64,000 nucleotides of DNA from the NCBI GenBank assembly GCA_950097015.1, contig CATNEN010000011.1, positions 5,890,001 through 5,954,000 on the forward strand. Reading direction: 5' to 3'. The translations under genes were made by a program, and so were the position numbers. Shown in pieces: positions 18,031-29,300 of this stretch. Source of the DNA: Macrostomum hystrix. Taxonomy: Eukaryota > Animalia > Platyhelminthes. The notes beneath the pieces are model-generated. The model saw only the letters and a program-made list of their open reading frames with translations, was not told the origin of the DNA and searched no databases. Position 1 is the first letter of the stretch; every line of letters starts with the position of its first letter.

Positions 18031-18465
18031 ATGGATCCGATATTCGCCTTCTATTCCGGTCCAAATAATTCAATCGGTGGACGAGGAGCATCTGCAATCC
18101 CCGTCTACGAAGGATACGGATTCCTATCAAACTTGGCTGAAAGACTGCTATTTCCTGTAATACGTAATGCTAAAAAGGATCTTCTGGATCGCAGCCTAGA
18201 TTATTTTAAAAGCGCTGCCAGCAAAATCGGTATGGGGCGCAAGCGGCACGCGAACTCAACTTCTGAAGAAGACATGTTTGACACGCCTACCTTAACCAAC
18301 AAGCGACGAAAGAGAGCAGCTAGACCTATAAGCTTAAGACGTAAAGGAAAAAAACGAGGTGTAACAAGACGACGAGGAGGACGAAGTACCTACAGAGTCA
18401 AGAAACGAAGAGGAAAGCAAAACTCCGCTGCAAGCAAGAAGCTTTTTAGTTTATTCGGAAAATAA
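18031..18465 (+). CDS. Arg/Lys-rich putative DNA-condensing core protein
   Basis: Gly-containing N-terminus and a very basic C-half (RRKGKKRGVTRRRGGR). It lies directly before the major capsid gene. Confidence 0.75.
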   Translation: MDPIFAFYSGPNNSIGGRGASAIPVYEGYGFLSNLAERLLFPVIRNAKKDLLDRSLDYFKSAASKIGMGRKRHANSTSEEDMFDTPTLTNKRRKRAARPISLRRKGKKRGVTRRRGGRSTYRVKKRRGKQNSAASKKLFSLFGK

Positions 18466-18466
18466 C

Positions 18467-19789
18467 ATGAATCAACTTCTCGGTCCCGACATTGCTGCAT
18501 TGAAAAGCGAACTCTCTCTCTTTGACCAGACACCTGTTCAATTCAGTGTTTTAGAAAGTCGCTACACAGACATTCAACCACAACATGGGATAACAAAAGG
18601 TTCTCCAATCGAGTTTGAGATTGTACCGCCTGGAGATCTGTATTTAGATCTGCATGATACTGTGCTAACAGTTAGCTTCCGCGTCAGCGACGGAGAAGGT
18701 AACGCAATTGATGCTGCAAAAAACTATGTGTGTGTAAACAACTTAGCAATCGCAACATTGTTTGAAGATGTGCAATTTACTATTGGAGACACTGTTGTTG
18801 AAGGTGGAAGCTTCATGTATCCCTACAAGGCAATGCTTCTAACACTTCTTGAGTATGGACACACAGCACAGAAGTCAGGTCTGGTGCCTTGGGGTTTCTA
18901 CAAAGATACTGCTGGTAAAATGAATTCAACAAACGATAACGAAGGACGAACGAAGAGGCGATCGTTGATTGCTGAAAATCGACATTGTACAGTGTCTGGT
19001 CCTCTATTTTTAGATCTTTTTCGTCAACCGCGATATCTACTTTCAAAGACACCAATGCGTATCAAATTAACACCAGCAAAAAGCAAATTTGTTTTGAGTG
19101 GTGCATCAATAGGAAGCGATGTGCAACTTAAAGATTATGAAATTAGGTTCTTGCGAGCAGAATTACGACTGCGACTTGTCCAACCATCACCTAGCGTTAC
19201 TAGTGCTCATGCACATGGTCTGAAAAGCCACAATGCTCTATATCCCCACCGGAGTCTAAGCATGGGAACATTTACTATTCCTCGCGGATCATCCAGCCAC
19301 ACGCACGAGAATTTATTCCCAAGTGGAGTTCCACGGCTTTTATTATTAGCTTTTGTAAATAACCGAGCATTCAATGGAAGCATGGACACGAATCCATTCA
19401 ACTTTGAGCATGCTAACGTTAACAGCATCGGTGTGTTTGTAAATGGAGAGTCAATGCCATGTCGACCGCTGCAAACCAACTTTGAAGGTGACTGTGTGAC
19501 AGAGTATACTTTTCTTCTACAGCAACTGGGTCTTTATCTGCAAGGACGTGACATTGGTTTCACTATGGGTGAATATGCGAATGGATACTCTATTTTTGCC
19601 TTTAGTCTCGGTAGTGAACCAGGTATCGGACATGGTGTTCAACTGTATAAGGAAGGAAATGTGAAAATTGAGCTGCGATTCAGTTCTGCAACTAGCACTG
19701 TGTACAACGTCATATTTGGAGGAATTTTTGACAAGCAATTGCAACTAACTGAGCTTCGTGACGTTGTTCCTGGAACTGCATGGAAGTAA
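18467..19789 (+). CDS. Major capsid protein (double jelly-roll; Polinton PY)
   Basis: ELSLF...Q...Y..I.P...PIEF.I...YLDL..T.L, VNN..ATLF, YPYKA, LFRQPRYL, NPFNF and YSIFAF motifs in a 440-aa ORF. Confidence 0.95.
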   Translation: MNQLLGPDIAALKSELSLFDQTPVQFSVLESRYTDIQPQHGITKGSPIEFEIVPPGDLYLDLHDTVLTVSFRVSDGEGNAIDAAKNYVCVNNLAIATLFEDVQFTIGDTVVEGGSFMYPYKAMLLTLLEYGHTAQKSGLVPWGFYKDTAGKMNSTNDNEGRTKRRSLIAENRHCTVSGPLFLDLFRQPRYLLSKTPMRIKLTPAKSKFVLSGASIGSDVQLKDYEIRFLRAELRLRLVQPSPSVTSAHAHGLKSHNALYPHRSLSMGTFTIPRGSSSHTHENLFPSGVPRLLLLAFVNNRAFNGSMDTNPFNFEHANVNSIGVFVNGESMPCRPLQTNFEGDCVTEYTFLLQQLGLYLQGRDIGFTMGEYANGYSIFAFSLGSEPGIGHGVQLYKEGNVKIELRFSSATSTVYNVIFGGIFDKQLQLTELRDVVPGTAWK

Positions 19790-20349
19790 TTGATTCTATT
19801 CTACAAAACGGTGTTACAGATCGATTTCTTCGGTCTATTGCTACAAAACTGTGCGCTTATTTTTCGCATGCTGTCTTCTTAGGAGTATTCCCCCAAGATT
19901 TTGTATTAAGTATTAAGCATCTTCCACTTAATGAAAAGGATTATTTTTTTATTGTAAACACAGACACTTCTAATCTACCTGGAAAACATTGGGTTTGTGT
20001 TTGGGTGCATGGAAATACGTCCTATGCAGGTCGACAGGGTAAAAGATATGGAGAATATTTCGATTCACTTGGACTCCATCCGATTGCATCTGTGGCACGT
20101 TGGTTAGGAATACAATGTGGTGGGGCAAGAAATTGGAGTTATACTCGCTTTGCTGTTCAAGACCCTCGAAGCGGTAGCTGTGGCTTTTGGGCTGTATTTT
20201 ATGTCTTTTATAAATTGACTATTCGAAAAACTCTGCACGTCTTTCTAAAGAGTATTTCTAAGCGCAATGTCTCGCGAAGTGATTCTTTCCGAAAAGCCTA
20301 TGTTAAACTGCGATCTTTTGTTTTACGAATTTTAATTCATTATCTGTGA
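19780..20349 (+). CDS. Adenain-like (C5 family) cysteine maturation protease
   Basis: FLGVFPQD, VNTD...PGKHWVC (His), EYFDSLG (Asp) and Q...SGSCG (Gln, Cys). Confidence 0.96.
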   Translation: MEVIDSILQNGVTDRFLRSIATKLCAYFSHAVFLGVFPQDFVLSIKHLPLNEKDYFFIVNTDTSNLPGKHWVCVWVHGNTSYAGRQGKRYGEYFDSLGLHPIASVARWLGIQCGGARNWSYTRFAVQDPRSGSCGFWAVFYVFYKLTIRKTLHVFLKSISKRNVSRSDSFRKAYVKLRSFVLRILIHYL

Positions 20350-20644
20350 CTGTTGGTCATGTTAACGGTTTAAGTATACTGTAAGTGCATTAAGAGATGC
20401 ATAAAATGGTGCGATGCTTCAAAGCAAGTCTTGAATTATTTTATGGCTAGTTGGTTCGACAATATTTTAGCATGTGTCATATGATACCGCGTGTGGAATT
20501 AAATAAAAATTTCTGTTTCAACAAAAAGCTTCGTACCGAATCTGATGAATAAGACAGAAACATTAATTTGTGATAGAATATTTTGTCAAGTTAGTGTGAC
20601 AATGTCACTAAGTCTGTGTGCAGCAACTCTCGCTAGAGGTAGCT

Positions 20645-20965
20645 TTAAATAAAACTGATTCAACATATCAGATTCAACATATCAACATTTCAGATTGTTA
20701 GCGTGTCTCTGAATTCTTATCTGCACACTAAATGAGCAGTTAGCTTGGACTTGGAATTTTTTAACAACATGCCAAGGACAGAGATAGAGAGAGAGAGAAG
20801 AGAGAGAGATAGACTTTGACTTAGAAAAATTCCTCGTGCGAGTTAGGACTTAGAAAATTTTTGGTGCGTTTTGAGTTAAATGTATAGGCATTTCCTATGC
20901 GGTACTACCTATGTATTTCTCCATAAGGAAAACGCGTTTGTTTCATATTTTTTTATACTACTACT
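20645..20965 (-). repeat. Right terminal inverted repeat
   Basis: Reverse complement of 4071-4375. It ends with three ACT units, whereas the left end has two AGT units. Confidence 0.95.
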
Positions 20966-20971
20966 GCTGCT
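20966..20971. repeat. Right 6-bp target-site duplication GCTGCT
   Basis: Identical to 4065-4070. Confidence 0.8.
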
Positions 20972-21227
20972 GCTGCCGCTTTTGATGTCCTTTCTGCCAG
21001 GTTATCGCATAGTTGTCGATTATTTCGCTGTCACTCATTAAGAAGTCTTCAGTGACACTGTCGTCAGTCTCGTCAATTTGAGTCTCCAGACACTGATGGG
21101 GCGAATTTCCCGCTGTGATATGCAACATTGAGCCACAGCAGCAGCATCCGCCAGAATTACTACTGCACCGTTTGCTCTTCGATACAGTTCTGACTGCTTC
21201 GATGGGATTTCGCTGCTTCCAGGACAT
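20972..21227 (-). pseudogene. 5' part of the host exon interrupted by the Polinton
   Basis: ATG ORF whose CAG run is now terminated by a TAG supplied by the element end. The frame continues at 4070 in the reconstructed empty site. Confidence 0.45.
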
Positions 21228-22293
21228 GGGACGGACCCATTAATGCTTTGGCTCGAAACGCATGCAATAAAACAAGCGAGACAAGAACCTCAGATTGTTG
21301 CACCTTGTGCTTAACTCACTCTATGGCCCAATCTCCCACACGATCTGCAAGTTTAAAATAGAAAAATATAACTGCTAATTCAGGTAGGTCAGGTAGTAGA
21401 TTTCTATCTACTTCTCTCTTTGACTGAGTTCTCTTATCTACTGCGCTTCCTAAAGTCTCTCTGACTGCTTCTTATATCTCTTGCTAGAACTAAGCACTTA
21501 AGTCTTTCTCCAATCTACTTCTCTGCATCACTCCAATCTACTTCCCCGCATCTGTCTAATCCACTTCTCTGCCTTCTTGTAATTTCTTCCCCCTTCTCTC
21601 CGTGCTTGTTTACGCTCGCGCACCCTCTTATTGTACTTTGTCCTCTCTCTGTCTGTTCAACTTAAATTAGCTAACCTTCACTTGTCTTTCCATTCCCTGG
21701 TCTCTGATTGGTTAGCTGCTCGTCTCTCTTTCCTCACCCCTCCTTTTCAGCTCTTACCCTCCGGCGCATCCTTACTTGTGTTTGTGTTCTGTCCCTCCTT
21801 ATCTATTGGTTAATACTTGTATATTTCATGGACGGCTTCGGACAGACTACTTAATGCGAAGACTCAATTTAATTTAAGAAGTCACTACATGCCTCTCAAA
21901 TCTACTTTTCTGTCTCTCTTCAATACTCTTATTTATATGCATGTTTCCTATATACTTTTCTGTCTCCAATCTACTTGTCTCTTCCCAATCCAATTCTCTG
22001 CCTCTCTTCTAACTAATTTTGCTTCTATCTACTTTATTTATAAGAATAATGAAGTGTCTCAATTACAAACCGAAAAAAGACAAAAAATCTATGAAACTGT
22101 GTAATTTTAGGAATTTTTTTAGATTGAAACTGACAAACGTACTTTTTGTTGGTTTTATTTATTTATTTGATCTATTCACTATCTTTTTAGCCAATTCAAA
22201 CATGAAAGTCTTAATATGAAACCGAGGTTTAGAATTATACAGTAATGATTACTGCGCAACTGACAGTTTTAAAAAACACTATTTAAAGTGCAA

Positions 22294-23825
22294 TTATTTT
22301 GCAAAGTCCCCCAGCCACTGAAATAAGCCTAGTCCGAACTTGGAGAACATTGTGACATAGCACAGTCTCTGCTCGCGAAAGTGCACAGTCAGGCAGCATA
22401 GGTGAGCCTGAAAACTGCACATTACAATACAGAAGCCCAATTGAATGTTGGACATGAAGTACAACAAAATGTAGCTATCCACGAAGCAGATGAAATCGAA
22501 GTTTCTGATTACAGTGTGGTGCTCTTGTGTGCCTGAAACGGCGAAGAAAAAAGACCATTATAAAATCGCATATTAAACGGTTCAAGATCTATAGTAAAAT
22601 TCTAAACAAAAAAGACAAGTATGTTTCGAAATGACTGAAGTTGGTTCAATTGTCTAGCTTACAATAGGCTTGGCCGTGCAGTCACAGGGTGCTAGATTGT
22701 CAATAGCATATTTGCATCCGATGATTGGCCATTATACTAGTTACTGGTCTACTGTTTAAAGTATAAGTCAATAATCGCTTCAATTGCTATCTAGTTTACG
22801 ATATAGTATAACGAATATAATGACAGGTATACGACAGGTGTCACTACACTGTCAGTTGTCCTCACCAGACTGACAGGTGTCATTACCAGACTGACAGATG
22901 TCATCACCAGACTGAAAATCATCACTAGACTGACAGGTGACGTCACCAGACTGACAATCATCACTAGACTGACAGATGTCATCACCAGACTGACAGGCGT
23001 CGTCACCAGACTGACAATCATCACTAGACTGACAGGTATCATCACCAGAATGACAATCATCACTAGACTGACAGGTGTCATCAACAGACTGACAATCATC
23101 ACTAGACTGACAGGTGTCATCACCAGACTGACAATCATCACTAGACTGACAGGTGTCATCACCAGACTGACAATCATCACTAGACTGACAGGTGTCGTCA
23201 CCAGACTGACAATCATCACTAGACTGACGGGTGCCATTACCAGACTGACAATCATCACTAGACTGACAGGTGTCGTCACCAGACTGACAATCATCACCAG
23301 ACTGACAATCATCACTAGACTGACAGGTGTCGTCACCAGACTGACAATCATCACTTGACTGACAGGTGTCATTACCAGACTGACAGGTGTTCAGCGCCGC
23401 TGTATTCCAGAGAACTCACCGTTGAGCCCAAGCAGCGGCAGTGGCAAAGATCTGGTAGACAGCTCGGTGACCAGGGATGCGGCACAATGTGCGAATCCCA
23501 GCGGTGGCAGCAATACGGCTAAACAGGAGCAATTGGCCAATAGGCAGGCGTAGATGTAACCGCACGTGCTCCACATCCGGACGCCACGAATCAAAAAGCC
23601 GCAGACTATAAGACAGACGGCGCAGATCATATTGCACAGATGAATTATTGGCCTCAATTTGTCCCCATCCGGCTTAGTATTAATAATCATCTGCAGCACA
23701 GTGGTAAACAGGATGCTAATACCGAAGCTGAGTTGCAGAGCGCCGATCTTCTCCATCCAGGCGATGTTCTCGCGAATCACTAGCAGGTCGCTGCGCCACT
23801 GATTAGCTCGGCGATTGGGACTCAT
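22294..23825 (-). CDS. Four-transmembrane MS4A/CD20-like protein (exons 23825-23420 and 22532-22294; 214 aa)
   Basis: Donor G|GTGAGT and acceptor TTTTTCTTCGCCGTTTCAG| join two hydrophobic ORFs in frame. There are four hydrophobic segments, and TM1 begins IGALQLSFGI. The family call is an inference. Confidence 0.55.
22840..23390. repeat. Intronic minisatellite, 39-bp composite of 18- and 21-bp subunits
   Basis: Unit ACCAGACTGACAATCATC + ACTAGACTGACAGGTGTCATC. Confidence 0.9.
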
Positions 23826-24367
23826 TGTTGAAGTTTGCTTCGCCTTGGCTAGCACGTTTGCTCGCTTTACTTAAATTTTTCTAGATTTTCCTCTAGGCTG
23901 ATTGTTTAATATTGTTTAATATACATCAATATTGTTTAACGTCATATACTTGCCATAGACTAAGATTAAAAAACTTTTTTTAAGTTATTGTGCTAAGAAC
24001 AACTTAGACGTAGACAACTTAGCTATAGACGTTTTTGCCTCGAGTGAATAAACTCAATTAAACCACTAAAAGGCTACTTTGCAGAAGTTTATATGTTCCG
24101 GGGATTGGTGCAAGTTTAACTAGCAAATAATTTTTGCCATAGACAACAATCAAACAGCAAACGTGGAAAAGTGCTGAACCTTTTTAACAAAGTGCATATA
24201 GCATGCACTTTCAGCAGACTTCGTCCATAGAACTATCTTCAATCTATACCAAAGATTATAAAAGGGTATTTATAATCTTTGATGTATACCTTTGATTGTT
24301 GATGGTCACATTTCAGTCTTTGAAGTTGAATCGACTGAGCTTGGGCCGTACGATAAACGACACTTCT

Positions 24368-24660
24368 TTTCGCTTCTTCTGAAACAAGAATCAAGTCACC
24401 AGCCCTTCAGACCGTAGAGATATTCAGCGCTAGTGTATATCATACACCCCTATACACGAATTAGCACTGTGCCTCAGTGCGGCCTTGCCAGGCCTTCAAA
24501 ATTGATCAGCATGTCACCCAAGTGTGCCTGCAGCATCTCCGTCTTCGGTGGTCACCTAACTTTATCTAGACGGATTTGCTGGACCTTCAATGGCTACAAC
24601 AGGTGGCACTAGGCCACTATGGACACCCTGACGCAAATTTATCCAATTTCACTGATCAAT
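24368..24660 (+). repeat. Interspersed repeat family B (unclassified)
   Basis: Clearly homologous to the reverse complement of 54148-54462. Confidence 0.75.
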
Positions 24661-25054
24661 AAATATATAGTTGTCAACACTGAGTAATATTAAGCTTATA
24701 TACTTTCTAAAAAAATCTTACATGTATAGCCAGACATCATCGGAAAGTACACATTTTTTGCCTAAAGTGTTATCACAAAAACTATTAAGCAATTGCCCTC
24801 CCCAAAGTCCAGTGCTATGGTGTCAAATTTCCTTGATCATTATAAAAATATTTGCTACAAAAATGGCTCTGTTTGTTGTGGAAAAGTGTGAGAAATTCGA
24901 TGCGAAAATGGGAAAACTCTCGGACTAGCGACCCAAGAGGCTTCTTTAAGTGCCTGATGGACACTTCTGAGGCGCGATCCAACATTTTCTGAGTCTCAAC
25001 AAATATTAATCTGCAGCCTTTCTATCTTGTTGAATGAGTGAACCTTTCAGAGTC

Positions 25055-25181
25055 ATCAGGGTCCTGAAGGATCAGGGTCCTGAAGGATCAGGGTCCTGAA
25101 GGATCAGGGTCCTGAAGGATCAGGGTCCTGAAGGATCAGGGTCCTGAAGGATCAGGGTCCTGAAGGATCAGGGTCGTGAAG
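25055..25181. repeat. 16-bp tandem repeat (GGATCAGGGTCCTGAA), ~7-8 copies
   Basis: Read directly from the sequence. Confidence 0.95.
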
Positions 25182-25194
25182 AAGAATCGATTCC

Positions 25195-25812
25195 TTTAGC
25201 AAAAATCTTATACTATTTTGCAAGAATCTGTCGCAGTTTAGCAAAAATCTAGTACAGTTTAGCAAGAATCTAATGCAGTTCAGCAAGAATCTAATGCAGT
25301 TAAGGAATAATGTAATGCAGTTTAGCAAGAATCTAATGCAGTTTAGGAAGAATGTAATGCAGTTTAGCAAGAATCTAATGCAGTTCAGCAAGAATCTAAT
25401 GCAGTTTAGGAAGAATGTAATGCAGTTTAGCAAGAATCTAATGCAGTTCAGCAAGAATCTAATGCAGTTTAGCAAGAATCTAATGCAGTTCAGCAAGAAT
25501 CTAATGCAGTTTAGCAAGAATCTAATGCAGTTCAGCAAGAATCTAATGCAGTTTAGCAAGAATCTAATGCAGTTCAGCAAGAATGTAATGCAGTTTAGGA
25601 AGAATGTAATGCAGTTTAGCAAGAATCTAATGCAGTTCAGCAAGAATCTAATGCAGTTTAGCAAGAATCTAATGCAGTTTAGCAAGAATCTAATGCAGTT
25701 TAGCTAGAATCTAATGCAGTTTAGCAAGAATCTAATGCAGTTCAGCAAGAATCTAATGCAGTTTAGCAAGAATCTAATGCAGTTCAGCTAGAATCGAATG
25801 CAGTTCGTTCAG
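25195..25812. repeat. 21-bp tandem repeat (TTTAGCAAGAATCTAATGCAG), ~29 copies
   Basis: Read directly from the sequence. Confidence 0.95.
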
Positions 25813-26386
25813 CAAGAATCTATAAATACGTGTACATTAGTCCAAAAATTCGGCAATTTTAAGTGAAGTGAGATAATCGGTGGAGCCGTTGGCGAGAATA
25901 ATCAATTAGAAGCAAGCAAGAAAGATTTTCATTTTCAGAATAGGAGGATTTACTTGTTTCAGACCTAAAAGATCTTTGCCCGAGGTTTGAGGGCAGATCA
26001 AATTGTCTGTGTGCCGGCAGCTAGTCCATAAACCCAGATAAAATTCCTGTTTTCTAAAATGTCTACCGCTGCACTAATTTTGTATGATTGGGTCCAATCG
26101 CCATTCGATGTCTGGTTTATTTTTATTTATTATAGACGCACATATTTTTATCGAATGTAAATTTAAATGCCCACAGCAGATATGGATGCATATTGGCTCA
26201 GACACGAAGCTATGGAGGCATATCAGAAGGCCTGAGAATTCAGGCTGTAATCGAACCGACCAATGGCATAAAAGCTCCCCTCTTCCACTGGAATATAAGC
26301 TGACAAAATTTCATCTCAAGTTCAGACAGTCCGCCGAGAGGCTCAGCAAAAATTGATCAGCGGAGAGCCAATTCCACCGCCAAGCC

Positions 26387-29300
26387 ATGATGAACGGCCT
26401 GAGCGTGATGAGCAAGAAGACGCTGCGCAAGCAGGTGATGCTGAGCCGTCTGCAGCAGCTGATGAACAGCTCAACAGCTCACGGCATGAACAAACTCGTG
26501 CAGGCCGACTCCAACTGGCCCATGAAGGTGGCCTGGTTTATTATCTTCATCAGCGCCGTCTGCGGCGTGACGATTCACACGGCCACGGTCATCAGGCTCT
26601 ATTTCAGCTATCCCGTCAGCTCGACTGTCAGACAGAAGGTCAACGGCTTCGAGTTTCCTGACGTGACCATCTGCGACACGATGCTGAAGAAGTTCTTTCT
26701 CTATAATGTGTCTTACTACGACCAGCGCACAGCAGACAGGGACTACAGCAGGTACTCGCAGGTGGTCCAGACAATGCTGGGCTACCAATTCGGCTGGGAG
26801 AGCAAGAAGTTCCTGAAGGCAATCTACATCGCCTCCGGGCACAAGTTCAACATGTCCGAGGTGAGCGCCAGGGCCGAGGACTTCGTGCTCTACTGCGAAT
26901 TCGATCAGAAGCCCTGCAGCTTCGAGAACTTCAGCCTGTACTATGACAGGGTGTACGGCAACTGCTACACCTTCAGGCCGCAGTCGAGAGAGCTGGAGAA
27001 GGCTGGCGCCGAGATGGGCCTAATCATGGTGCTGTATCCGCCGTCTGTCGACGCCAACTTTGATGAGGACCGCATCATGAAGACGACAACGGGGCTGGAG
27101 AGCAAGGGCTTCCAGATCACCGTCCACCAGCGCGACACCCAGCCCGACCCTCACGAGTTTGGTATCACCGCCCCAGTCGGCATGCGGGCAGATTTCGCGC
27201 TGTCGCAGACTCAAATCCGGCTGGCCAATACCAACACAAGACCCTGCTCGCCAGCTGGCAAGCAGACCTTCTGGAATCCCTTTCTGCGGACTCGGCAGGA
27301 GTATGAGAACCGGCTGTACAACTGTGTCGACAACGAGGACGCCAATCACATCCAGAGCGTCTGTCGGTGCACCATCGAGGGCTTGATCCCTGTGACGGAG
27401 AAGCGGCTGCGAACCGCCGACTACTGCCACGACATCCTCGACATGCAGCGATTCAACGCCACTCGCTTTCGCAAGCTGTCAGATCTGGTGCAGAAGGTGT
27501 GGAGTCGCTATAGCGAGGTTGTTAAGAGAAAGTATGCCAGGCTGATTGTTAAGGTGGCTGGAAGCCAGGTAGGTTTCAAGTTAATACTAGACTGTGAATT
27601 TATTTTTCTAGATGGATACGACTCTTGTCTACGAACTTGTTAACGATTGGATAATTTACCAGTTAATGTTGGGATAATTTGCCTGTTGGGAAACTTGTTA
27701 AAGAGGAGAAAACGGTCATTCAGAAGGAAGTTTATAATATTATCTTACTAATGACATGCACTAAACGTGAGAAGCATTGAGGGAATTCAATTGAGGAATT
27801 CAAAAGAATGTTCAGTCAAACCGTGCTCTACGAAGGGTGGGGCTGACCGTGCTAGAAATATTCCCTAGAAACAAAAAAGCAAAGAAAAACTTTTTTGCCC
27901 CCCTCCTTATGCTTTCTTTCACATGCGTCAACACACACGCATCACATAGTTCACATCCTGATTAATCAGTCCGATACTTGGCCTTACACACTGGCAGGGC
28001 TAGACAAGAAATGATCTTATTCACATCCTGGACTAGTGTTGATCACGTGCAGCAGTAGCATCTAATTATCATCATTCGTATGCATATATAACAACGGAAC
28101 CGTAGCCTCAAATATAATCAAAGTGAACATAATTTCTAACCCCCTAAAACACCCACCCCAGTGAGTTGCATCCAATCTATAAAATGAAATTGTACATACT
28201 TTCTAACCCCCTAGAACACCCACCCCAGTCGTAGCCTCCAATCTATAAAATGAAACTGTACATACTTTTCTAACCCCCTAGAACACCAACCCCAGTCGTA
28301 GCCTCCAATCTATAAAATGAAATTGTACATACTTTCTAACCCCCTAGAAAACCCACCCCAGTCGTAGCCTCAAATCTATAAAATGAAATTGTACATACTT
28401 TCTAGCATCCAATCAAACTCCAGCAAACAACAACAAAATGGCTCTTCAAGTTTGGGGTTTCTCTCCTTGGAGTTCTGTTCCTAGAAGATACTCCTAGTTT
28501 CTCTCTATGTAGTCTAGCGGTTTAGTGGCAGTCTCGGTGACTCGATGGCTATAACTATTCACGACTATCGATACTCAGTAACACTGGATCCGCAACTCGG
28601 TTATCGGAGTTCAGACCGAGAAAGAACACAAACAAAGTCTTATTTTCTAATTTGCAACCTAATATAGCTTAAAGACTAGCTCTCTAAAATCGCGGCGGTG
28701 GCGGAGCTTTCGCGCCCCGCTCTGCCTTGTATTTTATTTCAAACCCCTTATTTCCAACATTACGCAACATTACGCAAGATAGTCTGTGAAGATTGGTGTC
28801 GCAGCCCCGAGCCTAGCACAGCGCCACACGTTAAACTACTTGGTTGGTAGGCACACCAACTCCTCTACCCCTTATCAGGTCCAGGCCTTCTCCAGCTCTC
28901 GTCTCCAGGTGGGGTCCAGGCCGGATCCGCCTCATCTCGTGGTCCTAGGGTTCGACGTCCACCCCCGATCGATTCTCCTCCTGTCGGTCTCCCCCGTGGG
29001 CCGGTTCCGATTTTGCTGTCCGTCCAGGCCGAGTTCGCGCTGTAATTGATGGGTGCGCCCTAGGCGTGTCTTCATCTAACCTCTGCTTTCCGGTGCTTGC
29101 CCTCTCGGCTGTTGCCAAGTTTACACAAAGTTGACCTGGAGCTCTGTTATGCTACTTTCAGATTTCTAACTCTTATAAACCCAAAAGGCACAGCGAGAAG
29201 AATGTCACACTGCTTGACGATTAGGCAGAAGTGCTCACAGACCACGTAAATATATGACACTATCTTCCCTCCGACAGGCAATCAGCAGCTTCCCAGAGCT

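Larger units (their letters stand above)
4071..20965 (+). mobile_element. Complete Polinton/Maverick (adintovirus-like) endogenous viral element, 16.9 kb
   Basis: TIRs beginning AGTAGT and ending ACTACTACT, a 6-bp TSD, and pPolB, integrase, packaging ATPase, adenain protease and both capsid genes as uninterrupted ORFs. Confidence 0.97.

Noticed and set aside
8263-19744. Short antisense or alternate-frame ORFs overlapping Polinton genes
   Set aside because: These are shadows of real CDSs with no motifs.
20542-20561. CTGATGA...GAAAC as a hammerhead ribozyme core near the right TIR
   Set aside because: No stem II can form between the two motifs, and I see no flanking helices.
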